Assembly (NCBI GenBank): GCA_038496445.1
Contig: JALMLS010000514.1
Coordinates: forward strand, 1 to 64,000
Reading direction: 5' to 3'
Origin: Trichosphaerium sp. ATCC 40318
Taxonomy: Eukaryota > Protista > Tubulinea
DNA length: 64,000 bases
This document shows positions 1-12,708 of the stretch, in pieces; position 1 is the stretch's first letter, and every line of letters starts with the position of its first letter. The notes beneath the pieces are model-generated. The model saw only the letters and a program-made list of their open reading frames with translations. It made no database searches and was not told the origin of the DNA. The position numbers and the translations under genes were made by a program.

Positions 1-302
1 GTTAGATCCCTATAGTACATTGGCTATTACAAACGACAACAGATTAGAAAAGAACCTAGTCTTGGCTTGAATGGTCCCGAAGCCTGAGACCTTGTTTTAT
101 TAACAAGAAAAACTTCCGTGTATATTGTGTACTTGCCTCTAGGTTGTTGACTTTGTCTGTCAAGTCGCCAACCTCCCTCTAACGTCCCTAAAACCCATAA
201 AGTTGTTTAACAGAATATTACAATGATTTCTTTGCGTATAACTCCATGTGCAAGAAATTAGAGTTCTAACAAGAAACTATTTTGAAAACATTTTTTGATT
301 TA

Positions 303-3300
303 TCACATGTCTTGCAAGTTCTCTTTTGCACGAGAAAATTTGAACCTACCCATTACATACGGAGAAGAAATATCCGCAAGCATAAATTGTGGGACCTTGT
401 CAAACGAAATTACACAAGAAGGTAGACTACATCCAGTTTCGGCGTCGCTGTTCCTCTTGTAACTTAATTTCTTCAAATTGTAAGCCTTTTCTATACTTTC
501 TTGTAGCATTAACATCCTCTCATCTCCTTCATCCATCGTAAATCCAGATACATTAACAGATACACCAGGTGTATTACAAACAAGAAGTTGAATTTTTAAG
601 ATCGATCCAAAAAGACTTTCGAAGCAAGAAATGATGGAATACACAATATTGTTAGGCTTGACAGCGATAACAATATTATATATAGTATGGCTATTAGTGG
701 TATCAACTTTTCTGGTAATGTTGAGAGGAGATACGTTGTAATAGTTGAGCATTTCTCTTGTCTTCTCAAAAGCCGAATTGATTTTAAGGAAATCTGAAGA
801 TGAAAGAAAGACCTTCATTATTGGTTCATGGTCTTCCTTATCAAGAAACCGAATAGCTCGTTGAAGTCCTCTAGGATCATTTAGTTCAAAAGAACTTAAT
901 TCTAAGATAATCATTAGAAAAGTAGTGCGTACGAGGTGTCAGATCACCAAAAAAACAAAACAAAAAAAAAAAATTAATAGAACGTACTTTGCGGTTGTTC
1001 CTTATTGTCGACTGTTTGTGTAGCTTGGCGTCCAACCGGTTCTTCTTGTTCTTTATGTTGTTGCTTTGTTGAATTAGACGATTCTTGGTTCAGATTCGGT
1101 TTTGGATGGCTTTCTTTCACATCGAGTGTAAACGAGTGTTGCAATTCAGCTGGAACACCTTGGACAAGCCAATCGCTTTTCTGTTGTACTTCTCTGGGAG
1201 GGTTATATTCGAATGGAATAAATTCATACGCTGTAGGTTTTACATCATCACTTGTAGAGGGTAGTTGAGCAGAAACAGGTTTGTTTGGTTTGTAAGCATA
1301 TTTTGTAAAGTCAAACTTTGGACTTTTGTTTTCTATCTTGTCTTTGTTTTGAACCAATTTGGCTTTGGTATTAGTGGAACTTGTTGGTGACACATGAAAT
1401 TCTGTATCTTGTTTCTTCGCCTTTAATGAAGGGACACGAGGAGTAACTTTTTTTGTGATGACTCCTTTTTTTGGCCTTCTTGTCATTGGTGTCTTGTACG
1501 ACTCTGACATCTTCTTCAATTTCTCTTCTCTTTGTTTTTCGTATGCTCTGTAAGCAGCTTCAAACTCATTCAAGTCATTCTTCCACATTTGCTTCAAAGA
1601 TATTTTGGAAAGGTCGGAAATAGCTTTTCGCTTGTCTTCAAGCTCATTCGATACATTCTGGATGTTTTCACTGCTAATACAGCTGAAAGGAAGCTTTAAG
1701 AAATCAGTGTAGTCTACAGGGGTGACCTCTGGAGATGGTAATGCATCTTAGGAGAAGAGGTTAATATAGAATAAAATCAGTGTCAAAACAAAAGAAGAAA
1801 TGCATTTCATTGGTTGTTACGTACCTTCACGGAGAGAAGTCACTGTTTTACGCATAGATTCGATGTCTTTCCCAAACAAATCAATCTTTTTGGTCGACAG
1901 GTATACAAGAAACTTGAGCTTTGCAGCAAGAACGCACTCTTCATGTTTGAGCCTCTTTAGCATAGATACCTATTTTCATGAACGTCAGTTGTACCTTTAG
2001 AAAATAATGTCACGTGTAAATCACGTGATGTTTTACGAGTTTACCTTCCTGTCAGCGTATCTAGAGAGCCTGTAATCATAAAACGCCTTCATAATATCTT
2101 CAATAGTATCATACTTTTGAATATTGCCATGATGATCAAAGAGATTAATGTTGTTCCTTGATAAGGTTGTAGAAAGTCTGAATTTTTTGATAATCTCTTG
2201 ATCAGACATTTCAAATAATGTAGGTACAGTAACATTAAAGGTAACTAAAAAAGCACGTGTTTACATAAGACGCTGTTTCGAAAAACAAGAAAAGAGTAGG
2301 TAATATCTTTTTGACTCACCTTCATCAGGTACTCGTACTGGTACAGCATACTCCTCGATAATACCATAGCGGGGATCAGAGAGCTTATTGAGAGTATTTT
2401 TATAGTCGGTAATAGAATTGTTTGGAATCTCTGTTATGACCAAAGTCGTGTCATCTAAGCGATAAAAGATACCACTGTGAAAACTTGTAAGTATTTAAAA
2501 CCAAAACATTAAACGTACCTCTTAACCCATAACTGCCTTTTTTTATTCCACTCAATTTTGCCTTTGAACCCTCTATACCAAGGGTTCATAATCTGAAGCT
2601 CTTCACCGTCGAGTAATCGTCTATAAGAACAAGATCAATACATTAATGGAAAAACGTGACTCACCTTAAATTGTGTACAATTTCTATTGGATTAAATTGA
2701 GGCAATGAACATGATACTCCTTGGCCAATACCCTGTGTACCATTCACAAGTACCATAGGTATAATAGGTAGATAATAATCAGGTTCAATAGTATCTCCAG
2801 CGTCGACAAGATAATTCAAGAGAAGATCGTCTTTAGGATGGAATATTGTTCTTGTCAATTTAGATAGGTTGGTAAAAATATACCGAGAACTAGCATGATC
2901 TTTACCGGCATCATTTCTTGTACCGAACTGCCCCAAAGGTTCCAATAAGTTTATGTTATTGCTACCGATATAGTTTTGCCCCATACGTATGATTGTGTTT
3001 GTTAAGGAGCCCTCTCCGTGATGGTAAGCACTTTTCTCGCTGAGAATAAAATTAATAAGTATCAAAAAAGATGTCGCTGAAAATGTTGGCACCTCACATA
3101 GCCGCAAAGTTCTGCTACTTTAATTTCTTTTCTGCTCTTTCTTTTCAAACAACCATAAAGTACTTTGCGTTGTGAAGGTTTTAACCCATCAACAATAGAT
3201 GACACACAACGCTTGATATCAGCAATCGGATACTACATGTCATTTTTTGTTAGAATAAAATTCTTGAAATTCCTCTGGCAGTACCATTATCAACTCCTTG

Positions 3301-5109
3301 TCAATAAAGTCCTTAATGCTCACAGACAATGAAGAAGTATCCAAGTAAATATCTGGGTTGTAAGTGCGCATCCAAGCCTTCCTTGAATTAATTTTATGTC
3401 GACTAAAAGCCATATCAATCGCATCATCATCTTGCTCATCTTATTGGGTTTTTAGTTGACAAAAATAGACTCATCACGTGATACATACTCGTAGGTAAAA
3501 ACATAATCTTATGACGCTCTAAATTCGAAAAAAACTCGGTTGCTTGTACACTTGTGAATGTACCAAGACCTCTGGAGTATAGTGATTTCCATTGATTGAC
3601 ATCATTTGTTTTTTTCCATGCCTCAAATTCTGGAGCTGAATAAAAATCTAGCTTCTCACCATTTCGTTCTAGCTAAAGTATTGAAGTTAATATTTTCATA
3701 AAAGAGCGTTCTAGTGTACAATAACAATGGGTGTTATGAATTCAAACAAAAAGTTGGGAAGTTTCAATAACTCAGGCCAATAAAAGTGAAAAAAATTGAT
3801 CATGAGTGCTTTGATGTGAGTCCCATCCACATCTTGGTCCGTCCTAAACATTACATGTAAAGAAATCAAGTACATGGATAACGGTAAATTCAAAAAGACC
3901 AGAGACGTACATTAGCATTACACTCCCATATCTCAAGTCATCAGTTGATGTATACTGTTTACCAAGTTCAAGTCCAAGAGCGGTTTGTACGTTTTTTAGC
4001 TCCTCGTTCATACCTCTAGAGCTAACTCTAACATTCAAGGGTTTGCCCTGTAATGGGAATACACCGTAATATTTCTTTTGCTTAGTGGCCCGAATACCAG
4101 AGAGTGCCAGAGCCTATGATGTATAAAAAAAGAATGAACAAAATGTCAGCAACACGCACTTTTGCAGAATCGCCTTCAGTGATTATCAGAGTACATTTAG
4201 TAGACTCGCTTGTCCCTGCTTTTGGTGCATCTGATAGCTTTCTAACAGAAACTTTTTTTTTAATGTCACGTGATTTGCACGTTTGTTTTTTTACTGATTT
4301 TGTCTCGTTCTCTTTTTTTTCTGAAACATTAGCTTCACTCACATCTACCACAGAATGAGTTTCTCTAAATTTCAAGAAGACTTTTAGTACCCTTCGCATC
4401 AAGCTTCTCAGCAATAAACTTAATAATACAAGAAGGAGCTTTAAGTATATAGTTAAGAACTTGTGTTCGAATAAAGACTTACTTGACAGCGCCAGAGTAT
4501 TTTTTCGTAGAGCGTCAATATCAACTTGATGACCTTCGTCTATACGAAATTTAAGGATTGTGCCCGTTGTGATCAACGTGGGGTCACATTTAAGCGACAC
4601 TGTATCGTTCTTTGTGAAAATATAACAATTCACTTGTCCACCGTTGGAAACTTCAATGCGAACAGAAGAGCTAAAAGAAAAAAAGGGTCAGCAAAAACCG
4701 TTTAACCTGTTTTCTTAGAAACGGTGAATAGTACCTTATCGATAAAGCTTCTTTTATAAATGGTGGTGGAGGGCAGGAGCCTTTGGAGTCACCGCTGAAT
4801 AAAACTACATAACAATTAAAAAAAACGCGCCAAAAAGCATGTTTGACGCGGTTTGTACGTTGTCTGCCTATCCAGAAGATGATTTCTCTGTCTCGAATGG
4901 TAATATTCAAAAAAGTTGGTTCTGCGTTTACTAAAGCACGTGTTATAACATCAAATACCCTATATACGTCATGTGGGCGTTGTTTTTTAACACTTTTGAT
5001 TAAATTAGCTTTTTGATCTTGTGTAAGACTCGTCGCACTCTGGTTCTGCAGTAGTCTCCATTTTGTTGTCGAGTCAACTGCTTGTTTTGATATCGCCTTT
5101 GTCGAACTT
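303..5109 (-). CDS. TOP2: Atypical DNA topoisomerase II (type IIA), multi-exon; degenerate N-terminal ATPase and extra C-terminal domain; 5' end uncertain
   Basis: Spliced translation gives TOPRIM motifs TEGDSAK, PLQGK, TDQDVDG and RGLGT, then DGLKPSQRK, AYHHGE, FGTR, catalytic ASSRYIFT, PIIPMVLVNG and MWKNDL. GT-AG introns restore frame throughout. ORF 303..914 joins in frame via an intron at ~902-987. Confidence 0.9.
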
Positions 5110-5608
5110 GTTTAAGGCACGTGAATGCTTGTGTACCACAAACTAAGCAATGACTGGAAAAAAGAGCTCAAGGTCGTATCAAGCACCAGGAGCTATTATA
5201 CTAATTTTGATATCAGTGAATAATTATTGAATAAAAGTAGTAAGTTGACCGAGAAAACACTAGATATTAAGTTTGGGAGATCCATACTTAGTACCTTTGA
5301 TAATTTTGCTCTAAAAACACTGCAAGTAGCTGGGATACAAGTACTAAACGCTGTTAATGAGTCGTGGCCTTCCTACCGCAGATGGGTATGATTAATCGAG
5401 TTTACAGCTGCAATTACGATCTATCGCACTATTGTAGCCAATTGCATCAATTGTTGCACAAATCACCTCGAACTACGGAATTCACATTTTTAATAGGGCA
5501 ACGGTACCTCGTATAGAGACTTCTAATACGTCTAGACACCAAAGCGGTAAAAAGAAAGCCAAATCGAACAGAGGTTAGTAAATAAGTTTAAAACTACGCA
5601 AATAATCA

Positions 5609-6627
5609 ATGAATTCGTTCGTAGGTCATAGAAAACGCGAAAGCGAGGATACATACGATAATTACAGCAACAAAGATGATAATTCAGACTTAGGTGGTAA
5701 AAACGAACATACAAAGGTGTGAGGCGTTACATTTAGTAGTTTAAAGCTGTTTATACTACAATGAAACTCTCGCTGACATTTTATTGAATATGAAGGCACG
5801 CAGCGGAAGAGATATGAGGGAGAGACGTAAATCAGATAAAGAACCTGTAACTGAACCGAGATCCAGGGTTGTAAGAAAACATACGTGAGTAGTTGCAAGA
5901 GAAAAAAAGATAAATGAAAAAAAAAAAAAAAAAAAAGAAGTCAAGCTTGACAACGTTTGAATATCACGTTGATATTTTTCTCTAGATTTGAAAAAACAGT
6001 TGAATCTGAACCTTCTCAAAAAGATCTTGATAAGAGAAAACGAAGGTACGTTTCAAGAGCACGTTGTTTAAGAGAGTGTATTGTTTTTTTGCCAAGACGA
6101 CACGAAAAAGTGAACACAGCCGCCTGACTATTCGTTTAGATACAACGCAATTAAAAAACGGAAAGTCCCCCATAATGGATCAGAGAACTCTACTATAATA
6201 CAAGGAGTTATTGTACCTGAGATTGATCAAGTACGTTTTCTGAATGGGAATATACCTACACGTCATTTTTTTTTCTCTGGATGGTAACTAACGTTTGATT
6301 TAGCTTATGAATGATCCAAAGAATGAGAATGTTAAAGACCTATTGGACCGCTTTATTACCTCTGTTACTAATTTAGAGCAACGACAAGCTGGTATCGTAG
6401 ACAGCATGTTTATTCAATTTATGCGAGCAATACAAAAGTACACTTACTAACAATTCTGTTTTTTTCTTACCGTCGTGCTTTTTAGGAAGCAAGGTGATCT
6501 TCGTCTTGGGGTTAGTGTAGCTATTACTCCAGATGCACCCGTCAGTGAAGTAGCTCAGTTACTTCTTAAGCGGTGGCGTGCTCGTGTAAATGTAGAGGAG
6601 CAGAATGAAAAGCCATACTTTTTGTAA
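5609..6627 (+). CDS. Spliced hypothetical protein with a GCKIII/STE20 kinase-like C-terminal dimerisation tail and no kinase domain
   Basis: Exons joined at GT-AG sites give a charged N-terminus, then IVPEIDQLMND..LLDRFITSVTNLEQRQAGIVDSMFIQFMRAIQK..SEVAQLLLKRWRARV. AATAAA lies at the stop. Confidence 0.55.
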
Positions 6628-7690
6628 ATAAATTTTATATTGTTTTGATCTCTCTTTCGACCATCATGATACTCCAAAGCAAGATAATTGCCGTAATAGT
6701 GAGCACAGTTCTATATCTCAGTATGAAGGGTTTAAGTTATGAGAAGTTGCTTACTGTTATTATCCTCAACGATTCGTAAAGGAAATGAACACGTTTTATG
6801 CCGATCTGATAAAAGAGGTGACGTTTCATTACCGACTTAGTATAAATTACCCTCCCTAAGGAGGTATGGTAAGCACTTTTTAAATTGTAAGGAAGTACTG
6901 TTTTAAAAGTACAGTGTTCACTATTTTGTGTAAAGAAAAATAAAAAGTTAAAAAAGGGAGAAACTTGGACTGATGTATGGAGACAGAGTACCAGTTGAGT
7001 AGGTTTTTAGGGTAAGCGTTCACTTACCTTTTTTGTGACTAACTGCCAATAAGGCAGATTTATCTGTGTTTGCTGTAGCGCTTGTGTCGGGTAGTACTAG
7101 AGAAGTTCGGGTAGTTATTTCGGCGTATGGCGGTTGGTCAGCCCCCGAATATAGTATCTTACCCATGTGACCTCTCTCATGGACTCTAGTGATACTGTAT
7201 ACGCTTTTTAAAATAGTTTCTCGCGTGGAGGGCCGACTCTTGGGCTTTTCTTAACTACTCTTACGTTGTTATCCTTACTACCCTTATAAGCTTTTTTTAG
7301 TAGTAGCGGTGTTACAACGGTGCGCTAGTATCACACTCTAAAACAAGTGTATCACAATATAATAGGTTTGAGTTTTAAAAAAACCGTAACTTCAGTTGTA
7401 CTCAATGAAGAACATCCAGTAACTATTTTACCAAAAAAAAAATCACTTGGCTCGTCGTGTTTTTTTCTTTTTTTTGAGCACTGTTAGCATATTTTTGTAC
7501 CGCCTTACAGCTCATGTAAATCTCTCCTTTAAGTTTTAATGTATCAACATAGTAACTAAGAACAACTTCGCACCTAAAAAGGGCTATACACAAGTTTTTT
7601 AGGTAAATTTCCAGAACGGTAAAAAATGTTGATCACAAATTCTCCTCTCCAACACTAGCTACCACACCTCACCAAAACGCTATAACTACC

Positions 7691-8823
7691 ATGGACGGAA
7701 GAATTATAGCTTTAGTGTGTCTATGTACCTTCGTATCACTCATATCAGCTCATGGACGCCTTACAGTACCTGAAACAAGGGACGTACAAAACGGCAGACG
7801 TATTGACCAGCAACACGCTCCAGTATTCCTTCAAAACGGCGATTGGGTATCAGGACACGTGTGCAGAGATCTTCCTTTTGTCGGTTCAACAGCAACGTAC
7901 CAAGCCGGAGAAACTTACTCAACTGAATGGTTCTTCGAAGCAAATCATCCTGGAGATTGCTTTTTCTACCTCTCCTTCGATAATGAACAAACTTGGGCTA
8001 AGATAGCCGAGATCCGCGATTGTCACCTCATAAGTGGATGGGATATGTACATTCCTTCTTGGGTTCCTAGTGGACCAGCGGTACTTCGCTGGGAATGGTA
8101 TGCTCTTCAACAAGTCGTCAATGTTGAGCACTATCTTCAATGTGCCGATGTCACTATCACTGGCGGGAACACAGGAGCTGTCTCATGGACCCCAGTTGTT
8201 ACTATCCCTGGTCACCTTCCTTTGGACGCTAGCGGCTACAGACGCGTGTATGATGTAGGCGCTCCTTTCTTCTTCACTGGACCTGCAGTGGCACAGTTTA
8301 TGTCTGGTGGTACATTTAGCCCTACTAATCAACCAGTAGCACCACCACCAATGAGTGGTAGTACTCCTACACCATCCGGTACCGCTTTCTGTCCAACTGT
8401 TTCAAACGTTGTAATCAACAGTACGCCCTTTGGTGTTTCGTTCTGCATTTTTTTTACTGTATTTACTTTTTCTTTAGACTTTGGCACAAGTATGAATGTC
8501 CTCGTATCTCTCACAGCACCATCAAGTGGCGCTCCAGTAAGGTCTATAAGAGTAAGACAAGTATCTCCAGCTGGAGCTACAACGGATAATTGTTGGTCAT
8601 CTACTGGCGTAGTTGCCTCTGCATCAGCCACTGAAACAGGCACTAAATTCGTATGTGCTGTTTTCAAAACGTTTTTTTGACTGGCACTAACTTCTTTTTT
8701 TAGATCAGCTTGTACAATCCTTGGCCAGCAGGTACTGAGATTATGGTCATCGGATGTGCTTGGGATCTCGGCGATGACAACATTGCAGTATCTGTAATAG
8801 AAGTAAATGGTAACGCATGTTAG
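7691..8823 (+). CDS. Secreted lytic polysaccharide monooxygenase with Pro/Thr linker and C-terminal CBM2-like module
   Basis: Signal peptide is followed directly by His (HGRLTVP). Second His in ANHPGDC, plus VLRWEW and EHYLQCADV motifs. Two introns (~8421-8477, ~8651-8703); ends VNGNAC. Confidence 0.8.
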
Positions 8824-9009
8824 CACTGTTTAAGTAATAAATATCCATCTTTTCAGTGAAGATAACTTATCTGCAAACTAAATTCTTAGTTGGTTACTAC
8901 GAGTAAATAAAACAACTTGGAGTAAAAATTTACCCCAACATCGAGGAAGAGAAAAGGCATAAAGTCGAACCAATGGTTAATAATAAATAGTTACATGTAG
9001 TCAAATATG

Positions 9010-10164
9010 TCATAGAAGAGTACAAAATTTATAATGTTTTCTTTTTGGTTCTGGAGGCTTCATTGCGTTGATGTGTCTCACAAGCGTATGAAAAGAGTCT
9101 CTTATATTTATATCATATTTCGCTGAAGTCTCCAAGAACAAAGCACCCATTTTATCAGCCTCGCGTTGACCGACATTGTAATCTATTGCACGTAATTCTT
9201 TTAAATCACATTTATTCCCAACGAGAATAGCAGGTATCTAAAACCATGTCAATAATCAATACCAACAAGACAGTGAATGGATTCTATGCCATAACCGAGA
9301 ACAAAAAAATCACGTGACAATCACGTGAAAAATAAAGCAAAAAGAGTTGAAAGTTGAAACCTTTTTTTTCTTACCATGTCTGTCTCTTTGACTTGTATGA
9401 TAGATTTCCAGAATTCAGCTACTGCCTACGCATTGTTTAGACGACCTTTCTAGATTGTAAGGAAACAAACAAGCAGTACCCGGAATGTATCTTCTGCAAT
9501 TAAGCTGTACACTATCATAAATCCATCGCTGTTGTGAATATGAACATCTCTCATAACAACAAGTCTTTCCTACTGATTGTCAAGAAGCTTGAAACCTAAC
9601 GAGTCTATGCGTACTGTACCAGCTGTATCTAATATTTCTAGAACGTAAGGCACTTCATCTATAGTTGTAGGCTTGCGAAACTGGTCCTGTAAAAATTATC
9701 AGAATTCTTGATTTAGTAATAAAATCACAAACACTTTGCTGCTTGTGGTCTTGTTTACTTTAACACGAAAAAGAGAACTTCCAAGTTCGCGTAATATTTA
9801 TTACTTACTTCTACTGTTGGATCATATTTGAATACGAACATGTCATTACAGAACCTGTTGTGAAACTAAGTAAGGTTCAAAAAAATTTATGATAAAACTT
9901 TTTCGGCGCAACAATTGCAGAACAAGTTCGTATTACTGCCATACCTCACTGTGATCGCAGACTATTAACGGAATAAGTGTTTTAGATAGCTGAGATTTTT
10001 GAAAGTTTTTTTTTTAAAACACGAGATAATCACGTGATTACGCTATTTTCGCGTGTATACGTATCCAGAAATTCTACAGCTTCGTTTTTCTTCTGTTTTT
10101 TTATCAAACGTACCTTCCCAACGCCTGAAGCGCCCAATACTGTTATCTTCCTTTCGTGCGACAT
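9010..10164 (-). CDS. Rap-like small GTPase
   Basis: Spliced motifs GASGVGKS, YDPTVEDQFRK, DTAGTE, GNKCD, ETSAK and CaaX CTLL. Confidence 0.9.
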
Positions 10165-10741
10165 TACGTTTACGAATTCTGCATTGATCTAAGGCACAAC
10201 CGAATTATTAAGCGCTGCTTTCTAGCCACTAATCTTTTTCTTTCTTTTCATATTTATGTTACAGTGGCTATAACCAATAGACGCAACGAAAGGTTGTTTA
10301 GTTGCTATAGCAATACTATCCAGAATGTGTAACCAGAAAGTTGTCCCGGCCAAAGGAGCCCACATGAAAAATCACAAAAAACCCTTGAATACCTTGAGCT
10401 CAATTAGAAGGTATAACAGTTTAACGTAGTTAACCGCGTTTGGTTTGGAGTTATACCAGGTTTTGTTGTCACCTGTCCAATCTCTATTGGGATAATTAGT
10501 GACGGTCATAGTGTGCTGTGACCTTTAATGCCTTCTAGAAAAATCGCAACAATTTGGCACGTTTATATTTCTTTGAATTATGGCAACCCATGTCGCATAT
10601 TATAAACCTCTACGCCAAAAGTGTATTAACACACTCACTGTCGGAGTGCGGTGGAACCTTATACGACACCTTTGATGAGAATGTTGTTCAACCATTCTTG
10701 TACAATCCTCAACACGTGATTTTTATGGGGTTTTTTTTATT

Positions 10742-12551
10742 TCATTTACGAGTACATTTTTTGATGTGTTTGATACAATCAGCACATGATTTATCATTCT
10801 CAAAAACAAGTTTTATTTTCGGACGTTGTAGAGTTTCTGTATCTTTGAGAAAGGTTATCTGTTCACCTTTTTTTGAACGCTTCAATGTAATAGTCTTTTT
10901 ACTTGCCTATTATTTTTTAACTACCAAAAACACAAACTTGCTTTGCATTAAAATCTGATGCTTGTATTGAATGAAAAACTGTAAATTTATATTGGGTTGA
11001 TAAAACAAGATTTAGAGTTGAATTCATATTGAAATTGGCGCTGAAAGTCATCAACATTGAGAGTAAAAAACTAACAAAGAAAAAAATAAGAATTATTACC
11101 TCTGCCAATATATCTTTTAGTTCAATAGTAAACAAGCTCCCACCTTGTGGTTTTGCTTTGATTAATCCTTTTTCAAATATTTCACAATGGCATACATGAT
11201 TTGAAGAGAATAAACCTAACAAGCTGTACGATAGTGTCAATCTCCCTAGCCAAACTTTACCAGGGTCAAGACTTATTGGGTTTTCTTTTACTTCATCATA
11301 TAGCGTATCTGTGAATCCGTCAGGAGCGTCGCCACCACCCTTGAAAAAAGTATGAGAAGTTCATTTAAGACTGAGGATTTTAAGACACCAAACAACAAAG
11401 GATTTGAAGTGAGTGTATTCAATACTTAAATGAAAAATGTTTATACCCACGTCCCAGCACAATTTCGTTGAAATTGCTGCTTTGTTTGTTTACTTAGTAT
11501 TCTTGTATTATGTAAGTCTGTATTAAGCATTATCTAGAAGCAACGTGTTTTAATAATCAATAAATAACGACCAAGATGACACAGTTGAGTAGGAAAAAAA
11601 ATCCAACAATTTCGGTTTAATGAAGAAAAGCAAGCACTACCAAAAAGTGTAATTGGCCAAACATACCGCAGCAAATGAGAATATAAATACAGTGTCTTCA
11701 TCAGGATATATATTTGGGTTTTGGTCAATGTATATTGTACTAAACTGATCCAAAATACTAAGCCATTTTAGGTTTATCAGCTATACTTTTTTTTTGCATT
11801 GTCATTACTTACAGGTCAACTTTTTGAGCTTCTCCAGGCATCCTGATTATTGAAAATAAACTAGATAAAGCTTGTACTAAGGTTTTTCCTTTGAAATCAA
11901 TACGAGATAAGATCAAACTACACAATGGCCTCTAGCAATAAATTAGGTTTCGTATTTTTTTCGTAAAACATCAGAGAACGCAGCACGCCAAACAAAATCA
12001 TGTTTGGTCCGTTTAATTTACTTTTCAATATCACTTATATTTGTGCTTGTAAAAGACAATCATAGATAGACATCAGTGCCACTGTTAGGCCCAAAAAAAT
12101 TACAAAAAGATTTTTACCTGAAAACTCAAAAAAAAAAAAAAGAAAACGCACATGCTTTGGGTTAACTATGCTTGCTAACAATTGATCTTGGTTTAATTGC
12201 TTTCTCACGCGAATTAAAAGATCGCCAAGTTGTGTAGAGTCTATTCCATAGCCTAACTCGTCAAACGCCTTTAAACCGAGTTTATAATCTTTATTAAACG
12301 CTGAAACCGCGTTTTCTACCTACATTAAGTAGTATCAGAAGGTGTCAGGCGTATTAAACGGATTTTCAAATAAAATTAGAAATAAACAACTTATCGTGTC
12401 GCTAGCAGATAAGCTTACGCACCTTGTAGTATGGTGCATTAACAATGACATCGTGGAATAGTCTACAAGTCGTTAAGCAATCCAGGAATACCATATTATG
12501 GCCTAGTATATTCTGTAGCAGTTCAGGCGGTAGTTGAGCAAAATTTGTCAT
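10742..12551 (-). CDS. F-box + Sec7 (ArfGEF) + PH-like protein
   Basis: N-terminal FAQLPPELLQNIL..CLTTCRLF (F-box). Sec7 motifs FNKDYKLGL, RMPGEAQKVD and FSFAAIMLNTDLHN. Beta-rich C-terminal domain ends in a helix (PH-like, weaker call). Confidence 0.85.
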
Positions 12552-12708
12552 TGATAGTAACGATCGAAATGATCTTTTCTTTAAGTTGTATCACCGGCTT
12601 ATTGTAATCAAAACACATGATGTGAGAACGGCTACATGGTGCAAGTACGACGCCAAATGCTTTTATTGAAAGCGCAAAAATCTGCGCGCACATTATAAGA
12701 GGGTTTAT

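Noticed and set aside
6849-6866. Hairpin tacctcc-ctaa-ggaggta containing a Shine-Dalgarno-like GGAGG
   Set aside because: A 7-bp stem is expected by chance, and no prokaryotic ORF follows.
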